Source: an uncultured Erysipelotrichaceae bacterium | GTDB taxonomy: Bacteria > Bacillota_I > Bacilli_A > RFN20 > CAG-826 | Assembly: GCA_902800355.1 (NCBI GenBank) | Contig: CADCEE010000005.1 | Coordinates: 12,465 to 76,464, forward strand | DNA: 64,000 nucleotides | Direction of reading: 5' to 3' | The notes under the pieces: model-generated | Told to the model about the DNA's origin: nothing | The model's input: the letters and a program-made list of their open reading frames with translations, nothing else | Database searches by the model: none | Made by a program: the position numbers and the translations under genes | Shown here: piece by piece, positions 55,678-64,000 of the stretch | How positions within the stretch are numbered: the stretch's first letter is position 1 | Layout: every line of letters begins with the position of its first letter

Positions 55678-57795
55678 ATGAACAATATGCAAGGTATGGA
55701 AGATTATTCCCAAGATGAAAATATCTTAGAAAAATTTGGTCGAGATGTGACTAAAGCTGCCAAGGAAGGAAAAATAGACCCTGTTATTGGTAGAGATGAA
55801 GAAATTCATCAAATCATCGAAGTATTAAGTAGAAAAAATAAAAATAACGTCATCCTTATCGGTGAACCAGGTGTAGGTAAGACAGCAATTATTGAAGGAC
55901 TTGCTTTAAGAATTGTAAAAGATGATGTTCCTACTAGTTTAAAAAACAAAATGATTTATGAACTAGATATGGGAGCGTTAGTAGCGGGCGCTAAATATCG
56001 AGGAGAATTTGAAGAGCGACTTAAAGCCGTTCTTAATAAAATTAAGAATTCTGAAGGTCAAATCATTCTTTTTATCGACGAGATTCATTTAATTGTCGGC
56101 GCTGGTCAAACTGAAGGAGCGCTTGACGCTTCTAATATGCTTAAACCAATGCTTGCTCGAGGAGAAATTGACTGTATTGGCGCGACTACTTTAAAAGAGT
56201 ATCGACTTTATATTGAAAAAGATCGAGCGCTAGAAAGACGATTCCAACAAGTCTTAGTCAATGAACCTTCTGTTGAAGACAGTATTTCTATTCTTCGTGG
56301 ACTTAAAGAGAAATTTGAAACTCATCACGGGGTGAAAATCACTGATAATGCGATTGTCGCTGCAGTATCTTTATCTAATAGATATATTACTAGTAGATAT
56401 CTCCCAGATAAGGCAATCGATTTAATTGATCAAGCCTGTGCTTCAATAAGAGTGGAACTTGAATCTACTCCAATTGAATTAGATGAATTATCTAGAAAGA
56501 TTAAACAATTAGAAATTGAAAAGTTTGCTTTGGAAAAAGAGAGCGATGAATCTTCTAAAAAGAGATTAGAGAAGATTAATTCAAATTTAGACAATCTTAA
56601 AAAAGAGCAGGAAGAGATGAATTCTAAGTGGCAAAAAGAAAAAGAAATTAATCAAAGGATTAAAGAACAAAAAACCGCTTTAGATAAATTGAGATTTGAT
56701 TTAGATAATGCCTTTTATAATGCGGACTATGAAAAAGCCTCTAAACTCCAATATAAAGATATTCCGGAATTAGAAAAGAAGATTAAGGAATTAGAACAGT
56801 CTAACAAAGACAAAAAGATTCTTTCTGAAGTGGTGACTGAAGAAGAAATCGCGAAGATTGTTTCTAAAATCACTAACATCCCTTTAAGCAAGATTTCTCA
56901 AGGTGAAAAAGAAAAAGTAATGCACTTAGAAGAGCAGCTTAGAAAAAGAGTGATTGGTCAAGATGAGGCTCTTAAACTTGTAAGCGATGCGATTATTCGT
57001 CAACGTGCAGGTATTAAAGACCAAAATAGACCAATTGGTTCATTTATGTTTTTAGGTCCTACTGGAGTTGGAAAAACCGAAGTTGCTAGAAGCTTAGCGG
57101 AACTCTTATTTGATAGTGAGACTCATATGGTGAGAATCGATATGAGTGAATATATGGAGAAATATTCAACCTCTAGATTAATTGGTGCCCCACCAGGATA
57201 TGTGGGCTATGAAGAGGGCGGACAATTAACAGAAAAAGTTAGAAGAAATCCATATTCCATTGTCTTATTCGATGAAATCGAAAAAGCTCATCCTGAAGTA
57301 TTTAACTTATTGCTTCAAATCTTGGATGATGGTCGATTAACTGACTCTCAAGGTAGAGTGGTGGATTTTAAAAACACAATCATTATTATGACGTCTAATC
57401 TTGGTAGTGAATATCTACTTAACGGTAAACGAAAAGAAGTTGATAACTTGATTCATCAAACCTTTAAACCAGAATTCTTAAACCGTATTGATGAGATAAT
57501 CTACTTTAATCCACTTACTAAAGACAACCAATATAAGATTGTGGAGAAACTCTTAAATACCTTAAATGAGCGACTTAAAGAGAACTATTATTCCTTTGAA
57601 TTCTCCTCCAAGGTTAAACAATATATCCTTGATAGTGCCTACTCTCCTACTTTTGGAGCTAGACCACTTAAGAGATTCATTCAAAATAATATTGAGACTT
57701 TAATCGCTAAAGAGATTATTCAAGGAAATATCTCTACTAAATATAAGTATTTACTTGATTACATCGATGATAAATTAGTTATCTCGAAGATGTAA
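55678..57795 (+). CDS. clpB: Chaperone ClpB lacking the N-terminal domain
   Basis: AAAGGAGG then ATG 55678. NBD1 starts ~residue 20 ([11 protein letters not shown] Walker A), long M-domain coiled coil, NBD2 GPTGVGKTE; ~705 aa. Confidence 0.85.
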   Translation: MNNMQGMEDYSQDENILEKFGRDVTKAAKEGKIDPVIGRDEEIHQIIEVLSRKNKNNVILIGEPGVGKTAIIEGLALRIVKDDVPTSLKNKMIYELDMGALVAGAKYRGEFEERLKAVLNKIKNSEGQIILFIDEIHLIVGAGQTEGALDASNMLKPMLARGEIDCIGATTLKEYRLYIEKDRALERRFQQVLVNEPSVEDSISILRGLKEKFETHHGVKITDNAIVAAVSLSNRYITSRYLPDKAIDLIDQACASIRVELESTPIELDELSRKIKQLEIEKFALEKESDESSKKRLEKINSNLDNLKKEQEEMNSKWQKEKEINQRIKEQKTALDKLRFDLDNAFYNADYEKASKLQYKDIPELEKKIKELEQSNKDKKILSEVVTEEEIAKIVSKITNIPLSKISQGEKEKVMHLEEQLRKRVIGQDEALKLVSDAIIRQRAGIKDQNRPIGSFMFLGPTGVGKTEVARSLAELLFDSETHMVRIDMSEYMEKYSTSRLIGAPPGYVGYEEGGQLTEKVRRNPYSIVLFDEIEKAHPEVFNLLLQILDDGRLTDSQGRVVDFKNTIIIMTSNLGSEYLLNGKRKEVDNLIHQTFKPEFLNRIDEIIYFNPLTKDNQYKIVEKLLNTLNERLKENYYSFEFSSKVKQYILDSAYSPTFGARPLKRFIQNNIETLIAKEIIQGNISTKYKYLLDYIDDKLVISKM

Positions 57796-57861
57796 AAGCG
57801 AAGGTGGTGATAAAATCATCACCTTTTTGTTTGTTTTAAGATATAATTCTAGTAACGATTT

Positions 57862-58575
57862 ATGTATCAAGAAAAATTTGTCGTAGGTAAAAGTGAAATC
57901 GATATTAACGGGGAAATTAAAATTTCTCGATTAATGTTACACGCTCAAGATGTCGCTAGTGAACACGCTAGAAGATTAAAAATTGACCGCGATGTTTTAA
58001 TGAAAGACAATAATATCTGGGTAGTGGTTAGAACTGACATTAAAATTAATCGTTTACCTAAACTTAAAGAGAAATATTTTTTATCTACTCATCCTGGAGA
58101 AACTAAGGGATTTATGTTTCCTAGATTTTTCCAAGTCTATGATAAACATAAAAACTTATTAGTGAGCATTTCATCAACCTGGGTCATTGTCAATTTTGAT
58201 ACACGTAAAATTGCCTTACATCCATTAAAGGATATGACTTTACCTTTTGAAAATGATCCTAGTGATTTAGAGCTTCCTTCTAAAATAAATGATGAAGCCT
58301 CTAATATTGTTTTAGAACGTTTAACTAAAGAAAGTGAATTAGATGTTAATTTACATATTAATAACACATTCTATTACGATTATGTTTTAGATGTTCATGA
58401 TGAATCTTTCTATAAAGAAAATCGTGTTAGTCGATTAACTCTTAACTACGAAAAAGAAATTATTCACCCTAGTAAGATTGTTATCTTTTCTAACAAAAGT
58501 AACCCTGAAGTTATTGTGGGTAAAGTTAACGATAACATTTCTTTTGCTTCAAAGGTTGAATATACAAAAAGATAA
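57862..58575 (+). CDS. Acyl-ACP thioesterase family protein
   Basis: 237 aa with the double hot-dog acyl-ACP thioesterase pattern (N-terminal IDINGEIKISRLM..., second half YDYVLDVH). Confidence 0.55.
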   Translation: MYQEKFVVGKSEIDINGEIKISRLMLHAQDVASEHARRLKIDRDVLMKDNNIWVVVRTDIKINRLPKLKEKYFLSTHPGETKGFMFPRFFQVYDKHKNLLVSISSTWVIVNFDTRKIALHPLKDMTLPFENDPSDLELPSKINDEASNIVLERLTKESELDVNLHINNTFYYDYVLDVHDESFYKENRVSRLTLNYEKEIIHPSKIVIFSNKSNPEVIVGKVNDNISFASKVEYTKR

Positions 58576-58633
58576 AGAAAGATACCTAATTTATTAGGTT
58601 TCTATTATTATATAGATACAAGGAGTTTAATAT

Positions 58634-60046
58634 ATGAAGAGTGTAATTCGAATATTTAACTTTGTGATTATGGGGGTTGCTGCGATTGCGATGATCCTAT
58701 TATTTGTCACATCCACTTTTACATTTAATTCCCGCATATCAATTGATAACAAATTCATTAGTAATTACTTTAATGACGTTGTTAAACAGATTAATGTTGG
58801 TTCAATTGATCCTAGCGAAACTGATCCAGTATTAAAAGAGAACTACATTAATGATATTGATGTTGCTCATGTCTTAGGTACTGACCACATCAATTTAACA
58901 ATGGCTGTCGATTTAAACTTTAGTGAAGTTTCTTCCTTAATGGGAAAAGAAGACCGCGATTTAATTAATCAAGAATTAATTTCTAAAAACGTCGATGGTG
59001 TCTTTAAAGATTTACACGAAGCAGTGGATATTCTTACAGAATACACCGCTAGAACTGTTCTTCGTGGAGTCGCTAAAAAGGAAGTGTATAAACAACTTAA
59101 AAAATCTCTAGAAGAAAAAGGTTCTTCTACTCCTGCTATCGACATTATGGAAGAAGTGGGAATGAACGATAATTACTTTAGAGGTTTTGCTAAAGCTTTA
59201 TATGATACTGCTAATACTTCATCAGATCCTGAGCATCATCCAGAAAAAGGGTGCACAGTTGATGCTTTTGCTGATGTCATTATTGATCAGTTAAAACTCG
59301 TTATTAATGAAGCCAAAGAAGTTACTGGTGGCCAAGTCGATATTAATGCGATGATTAATGACCCTAACTTAAAGGAGAACTTAAAAAGCAACTTTACCAA
59401 AGTTTTAAATAACGCTGGTCTAATGTCTAGTGATGGAAATTCATGTGTCAAAATTAGCCAAGCAACTTATATTTTCTTGGCTAAATCTCTTAAAGAAAAT
59501 TTATCCTCGTCTACTTCAATTCCAGCTTCAGAATTAGAACCTGGTCCAGGTGAATCAAATGAGGATTATGCGAATAGATTAACCAAATTATATGTCTATA
59601 GTGTTCTTCCAGATGCTTTCTATCAAATCGCTGGATATGTTTGCTTAGGCTTATTAATTGGCGTTATTGTCTTTGCGATTATTTGGGGAATCTTATTAAT
59701 AATTACTGTTGTTAGAACCTTCTCAAGAGAAAAGCCGTGGACGATTTTTGGTCCGTGGTTCTGGATTGTGGGTTCGTTACAGATTGTATTAGGTCTGGCC
59801 TTAACGATATTTGCGAAATTCTATTTACCAAGCCTATCATTTATTCAAAGCAAGTTAGAAGGTACACCAATTCAAAGCTTTGCTATCGCTCCAAGAACAT
59901 CGATATTAGTGCCTTCAATTATCTTTATTGCGATGATAGTGTTTGCTATTGTCTACACAATCCTAGCGCATTCAGTCAAGGTAGATTATAGAAATAAAAG
60001 AAGCGGCAGAGGTCCAAAACCTACGGAGGTAGTTATCCATGAATAA
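58634..60046 (+). CDS. Membrane protein (N-terminal anchor, large extracellular domain, C-terminal TM bundle), hypothetical
   Basis: 470 aa; TM at N-terminus and 3 TM near the C-terminus; overlaps downstream lipoprotein gene by 8 nt. Confidence 0.4.
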   Translation: MKSVIRIFNFVIMGVAAIAMILLFVTSTFTFNSRISIDNKFISNYFNDVVKQINVGSIDPSETDPVLKENYINDIDVAHVLGTDHINLTMAVDLNFSEVSSLMGKEDRDLINQELISKNVDGVFKDLHEAVDILTEYTARTVLRGVAKKEVYKQLKKSLEEKGSSTPAIDIMEEVGMNDNYFRGFAKALYDTANTSSDPEHHPEKGCTVDAFADVIIDQLKLVINEAKEVTGGQVDINAMINDPNLKENLKSNFTKVLNNAGLMSSDGNSCVKISQATYIFLAKSLKENLSSSTSIPASELEPGPGESNEDYANRLTKLYVYSVLPDAFYQIAGYVCLGLLIGVIVFAIIWGILLIITVVRTFSREKPWTIFGPWFWIVGSLQIVLGLALTIFAKFYLPSLSFIQSKLEGTPIQSFAIAPRTSILVPSIIFIAMIVFAIVYTILAHSVKVDYRNKRSGRGPKPTEVVIHE

Positions 60047-61379
60047 GAAATTCTTACTTTCCATTTGTTTATTAAGTGGCTCTTTAGCCTTATCTAGCTG
60101 TTCGTTATTTAACGATAACGATATTATTCAGCCTAATATTTATAATCCAATTTATGACGAGGAAGAAACTATTCCTCCAGGAACTACAGTTATCGATTCA
60201 CCTTCAGGTGAAGTGGCTGCAAAAGACGCGCCTAGTGAAGCTGGAGAAGGAACTAAAGTATTTAAAAATCTTTGCTATGGAACTTATGATTCTAAAAATG
60301 ATAAATTCTATGTTCCTAACACCTACAAGGTAGGTGGTTCACATCATATGGGTTATAACGTTAATGGTGGGGAAGATTATCCTGACGCTAACCAATTACA
60401 TAATAACTATGACTTATATGTTCCTAGCGAAAGTAAAACTCCTAGAAATCAAAAGCACATTGTTATTCTATTTATCCATGGTGGAGCTTGGGTATCTGGA
60501 GTTAAAACAGATGTTAATCCATATATCCATAATTTCGCCAGCAAAGGTTATATTACCGCAACCATTAAATACACACTCTTAAGAAAAGAAATGGATGATC
60601 CATCTCGTTCAATATTTAGAAATTTAGATGAAATTGATGCGTGCATCAAATCTATTAAAGATGTTTTAGGACAATTAAAATTTGATACCACTAAAACTGA
60701 ACTTGTCATTGGTGGAGCTTCCTCTGGAGCTCATTTATCAATGCTTTATGCTTATTCGCGCGGTAAAGAATCCGCTATCCCAATTAAGTTTATTGTTGAT
60801 GCGGTTGGACCAGTTGATATTAAAGAAAATGCATGGAAATCTTTTACTCACTCCACCGAAGAAGTTTTAAATGCCGGTATTGATAAAAATGCAATCGCAA
60901 CACAAGAATCCGCTAGCAATCTCTCACCTTTAAGAATTAGTGATGGTAGTGAAGAGACTAAATACTGGGATGATTATGAAACGTTCAGAATCGCCAACGG
61001 AATGTGTGGACTTCCTTATTCATTAGAAGAGGCTGAACAAGCAAAGACTGACCATACAGTACCTTCTTATGTTGATTTAACTGCGGAAGGACATGGAGAA
61101 GACCAATTATCTGTTACTTATTGGATTAATAAGGCTGATGAAGCTTCTAAATTCAAAATCATTTGTGCTTATTCTGGAATTGACACCATTGTCGGTATAA
61201 ATCAATACGCAACTCTTCAAACCGCTTTAGATGCTAAAGGCATTACTTATTACACCAGTACTACTGAACCACATCAAGGCTATATCTATTTTAAAGATAA
61301 AGGCCACGATAAAATTAATGAAGATACTGTTCACTACAATGAATTAATTACAGCAGTGGATAGTTGGTGTAAAGAATAA
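60039..61379 (+). CDS. Lipoprotein alpha/beta-hydrolase (esterase/lipase-like)
   Basis: Signal peptide plus lipobox LSSC; oxyanion HGGAW; nucleophile elbow GGASSGAH (GxSxG). Confidence 0.6.
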   Translation: MNKKFLLSICLLSGSLALSSCSLFNDNDIIQPNIYNPIYDEEETIPPGTTVIDSPSGEVAAKDAPSEAGEGTKVFKNLCYGTYDSKNDKFYVPNTYKVGGSHHMGYNVNGGEDYPDANQLHNNYDLYVPSESKTPRNQKHIVILFIHGGAWVSGVKTDVNPYIHNFASKGYITATIKYTLLRKEMDDPSRSIFRNLDEIDACIKSIKDVLGQLKFDTTKTELVIGGASSGAHLSMLYAYSRGKESAIPIKFIVDAVGPVDIKENAWKSFTHSTEEVLNAGIDKNAIATQESASNLSPLRISDGSEETKYWDDYETFRIANGMCGLPYSLEEAEQAKTDHTVPSYVDLTAEGHGEDQLSVTYWINKADEASKFKIICAYSGIDTIVGINQYATLQTALDAKGITYYTSTTEPHQGYIYFKDKGHDKINEDTVHYNELITAVDSWCKE

Positions 61380-61390
61380 TTGATTTCAAA

Positions 61391-61420
61391 AAATAAAACA
61401 GTGCATCAGCACTGTTTTTC
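61391..61420. terminator. Rho-independent terminator
   Basis: AACAGTGC-ATCA-GCACTGTT then TTTTTC. Confidence 0.6.
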
Positions 61421-61428
61421 AAATCGTT

Positions 61429-61502
61429 TGGAGCAGGTGACGGGAATCGGACCCGCATAACTAGCTTGGAAGGCTAGTGTTCTACCACTGAACTACACCT
61501 GC
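61429..61502 (-). tRNA. tRNA-Gly (anticodon TCC)
   Basis: Reverse complement GCAGGTGTAGTTCAGTGGTAGAACACTAGCCTTCCAAGCTAGTTATGCGGGTCCGATTCCCGTCACCTGCTCCA. Confidence 0.85.
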
Positions 61503-61546
61503 GAGTAGCGAATGTTATTTTATAACACCCGCTTAATTATAGCAAA

Positions 61547-61855
61547 TTATTTCTTACAAAATTCTCTAATTTGATCTTCTCTTAAAAAACCACTAAATCT
61601 TCTAACGAGTTTTCCTTCTGAGAAAAAGAATAATGTTGGAATGCTTTCGACTTGGAATGCTCCAGCAAGTTCAGGGGCTTCATCAGTATCAACTTTAACG
61701 ATTTGTACATTGAAGTCTTCCTTCTTGTCTAATCCTTCTAAAACTGGTCCTAACATTCTACATGGTCCACACCAAGTGGCAAAGAAGTCTAATAAGACAT
61801 CTCCTTTAGAAAGTAATTCTTTTAATTCTTCTTGTGTTTCGACGTGTTTAATCAT
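61547..61855 (-). CDS. trxA: Thioredoxin
   Basis: WCGPC active site; 102 aa. Confidence 0.85.
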   Translation of the reverse strand: MIKHVETQEELKELLSKGDVLLDFFATWCGPCRMLGPVLEGLDKKEDFNVQIVKVDTDEAPELAGAFQVESIPTLFFFSEGKLVRRFSGFLREDQIREFCKK

Positions 61856-61856
61856 C

Positions 61857-62756
61857 TTATAATCCTCCGTTTTGAATAATAAATATAATGGCGATAATTA
61901 GTATATGTAATGGGTAATACATGTAAGTTCCAATTCGGAACCATTTAGCATTATAACCTCTTTTACCAGAATAAAACAAAAGTAATGCACTAGAAAGTAA
62001 TGCATATAGTTGAATTCCGGCATCCCAGAATACTCCTTTTGGCCATAAATAGATAAATACGAATTGAAAGGTTAATACGACAACATTAACTAAAATTAAG
62101 AATAAGTTAACCGCAAATCTATAACTGCCGTTTTCAACCCATATGCTTTTATCTATTCCCGACTTTTCTTGTAAATAATCTAGGAATATATCTGCGAATG
62201 TATATGAGAAATAGAATCCTAATCCTAAAACAATAGACACCCAGTCATATTGCATATTAAGAAAATAAGGGAACCAGTGTATCTCGATGGCGTTACCTGT
62301 TTCTATAGATTTTACCACAAAAGAGAGTATAGAAAACGCAAGCGGAAGTAGTGTAAGTAATTTAACTTTTATATTCGGGTGTTTAACCAAATATATTGCT
62401 AGGGCAGTTAATACTAAGTCAATAAAAATGTTTCCGTGTCTATATATTGAGGTTGCCGCTGGGAATAGATTTGTAAATGTAAATAATATAAAGGCAATAG
62501 AAACTACGGAACCAACAATACCTAGCTTTAAAATATATTTATTAAAGTTCTTAGTATGTCTTACTCCTTCTGCGACTAAAAAGATGAATAGCGGTAAGGC
62601 TAATCGACCAAAAATTCTAAATATATTTGACAGGTCGATCATTATCTGAACAGTTGGATACTGCATAGCAAAATAAATCCCTAAATGATCTAAAGTCATA
62701 AAGACAATAGCAAGGATTTTGAGCCAAAAAGACGACAAAAATGTGATTTTTTTCAT
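61857..62756 (-). CDS. TraX-family membrane protein
   Basis: N-terminal LKILAIVFMTLDHLG signature typical of TraX; ~8 TM; overlaps the CPBP gene by 4 nt. Confidence 0.5.
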   Translation of the reverse strand: MKKITFLSSFWLKILAIVFMTLDHLGIYFAMQYPTVQIMIDLSNIFRIFGRLALPLFIFLVAEGVRHTKNFNKYILKLGIVGSVVSIAFILFTFTNLFPAATSIYRHGNIFIDLVLTALAIYLVKHPNIKVKLLTLLPLAFSILSFVVKSIETGNAIEIHWFPYFLNMQYDWVSIVLGLGFYFSYTFADIFLDYLQEKSGIDKSIWVENGSYRFAVNLFLILVNVVVLTFQFVFIYLWPKGVFWDAGIQLYALLSSALLLFYSGKRGYNAKWFRIGTYMYYPLHILIIAIIFIIQNGGL

Positions 62757-63511
62757 GAATTAATTACTATAACCTGTCCAACAACAACGAATAAATTGTT
62801 TGCAATGTGCGCGATAAGCGAGCATGGTAAATCGTATAAATCATAGGCTAAAGCTAGTAACGCTCCAGGAATAACATAGGTTGGTAAAACGATGAATTCG
62901 GTAGCGATATTTCCGCTGAAGTCCATATGGATAAATCCAAAGATTAAGCTAGCAAAAATATATGCAGCAACTCGATGCCATCTTTTTATCAGATTGAATA
63001 GACCAACTCGATAAGTAAGCTCTTCACATGCTGGTCCAATAAATCCAAAAATGATTATAGAAGCGGCTGGATATCTAGCGATAACTTGTCTAATACTGGT
63101 TTCATTTGTGCCTGGTCCAACTGTATAGAATAGGTTAATAATAGTCATATATAATTGATCAAACGCAAGTATGACTCCACCTATTACGATTCCAACTACA
63201 TAAGGAAGCCAACTTTTAAATTTTGGGAATAGCTTTTTATAATCAAGTCCAATGACAGCAACTAAGATAGCAAACAATATCGAATAAGTGATTAACGCTT
63301 TTGCTCCAGCTTTATCGACTTCATTCATCGAAAATAGGATTGTACCGACGACTGTGGAAATTAAAGATAAGACGAAAACATTGCCTATTGCAAATAAAAG
63401 AACTTCTTTCCATATGTCGAGCTGAGCGTTCTTAAATGGCGCGTATTTACCTGTTAATAAGCCACCTCTTTGCTCGCTTTTATTAGCTGAATTTTCTTCT
63501 TTTGAAAACAT
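62753..63511 (-). CDS. CPBP-family (CAAX / Abi) intramembrane metalloprotease
   Basis: EELTYRVGLF (EExxxR motif 1), FGFIHM (motif 2), HIANN (motif 3); polytopic. Confidence 0.65.
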   Translation of the reverse strand: MFSKEENSANKSEQRGGLLTGKYAPFKNAQLDIWKEVLLFAIGNVFVLSLISTVVGTILFSMNEVDKAGAKALITYSILFAILVAVIGLDYKKLFPKFKSWLPYVVGIVIGGVILAFDQLYMTIINLFYTVGPGTNETSIRQVIARYPAASIIIFGFIGPACEELTYRVGLFNLIKRWHRVAAYIFASLIFGFIHMDFSGNIATEFIVLPTYVIPGALLALAYDLYDLPCSLIAHIANNLFVVVGQVIVINS

Positions 63512-63580
63512 TATCTTTATTTTCCTTAAGAAAAATAATACACTAAAAGCACGTTGAAAGGTAGATTTTACTAGTAAAAT

Positions 63581-63964
63581 ATGGCTAATTTCACCATCTC
63601 AAAAGAAGGACAAGGTTATATTGAATTGCTTAAAAGCAAATTTTATTCCTATGCTTTTCCTGTTTCTGATGTTGAGGAGTTTAAAGTTAGGCTTGAGGAA
63701 ATTAGAAAGGCAAATCCAAAAGCAAAACACGTGGTCTATGCCTATCGAATTGGTGCGAATTCTAAATCCACTGACGATAAAGAACCTAAAGGAACAGCGG
63801 GTAGGCCTCTACTTGAACTATTAACAAAAAAGAACTTAGTGGATACAGCAATTATCGTAGTTCGATATTTTGGAGGTAGTGAATTAGGAGCGTCTCGCTT
63901 ATTAAGAACATATTTAGCTAGTGGAGTCGACGCTATTAATCATTCAACTGTTGTTGAAAAATAA
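63581..63964 (+). CDS. IMPACT/YigZ-family N-terminal domain protein (short, 127 aa)
   Basis: HVVYAYRIG ... GTAGRPLLELL ... VVRYFGGSELGASRL match UPF0029; lacks the usual C-terminal DUF1949 half. Confidence 0.5.
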   Translation: MANFTISKEGQGYIELLKSKFYSYAFPVSDVEEFKVRLEEIRKANPKAKHVVYAYRIGANSKSTDDKEPKGTAGRPLLELLTKKNLVDTAIIVVRYFGGSELGASRLLRTYLASGVDAINHSTVVEK

Positions 63965-64000
63965 GAAAGGCATCATTATGGCAGATTGTAATCATCAATG

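Overview
Low-GC (~30% by eye) bacterial window using the standard genetic code (UGA is a stop; Trp is encoded by TGG). The housekeeping content looks like a Mollicutes / Acholeplasma-like or related wall-less Firmicute lineage. It has an N-domain-less ClpB behind a CIRCE operator, Spx, YolD plus a Y-family polymerase, a type II ProRS, and no peptidoglycan genes in the window. Positions 1 to about 13.9 kb are the late (head-tail) module of a siphovirus-like prophage, all on the + strand: an LRR protein, portal, prohead protease, major capsid, connector proteins, major tail protein, a G/GT chaperone pair with a directly visible CCCAAAA -1 frameshift site, a tape measure with a long Ile/Leu-rich repeat region, distal tail proteins, a nucleotidyltransferase, and two small transmembrane proteins. 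No endolysin is recognisable. Next come two overlapping, paralogous large serine recombinases (14.0-17.0 kb). They are followed by the most interesting locus, a translationally coupled three-gene cassette (17.16-20.18 kb): a small XRE HTH, a single-chain DUF262+DUF1524 GmrSD-like type IV restriction nuclease, and an uncharacterised zinc-ribbon protein. Downstream is a roughly 1.3 kb segment flanked by two copies of a structured repeat. It carries a small basic ORF behind interlocking palindromes and a Vat-family (xenobiotic / streptogramin A) acetyltransferase preceded by a GC-rich leader and an intrinsic terminator. The rest is core genome: six tRNAs (4 Ser isoacceptors, Met, Gly), rluD-like, phosphoglucomutase, gpsA, trpS, spx, CYTH, nadK, maf, RNase J, def, rsmD, coaD, a COG0523 zinc chaperone with a His-rich insert, proS, adhE carrying an extra N-terminal excisionase-type HTH, an MTA/SAH deaminase, rdgB, clpB, an acyl-ACP thioesterase, trxA, TraX and a CPBP protease. 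All homology calls are from motif recognition by eye; no database searches were run.
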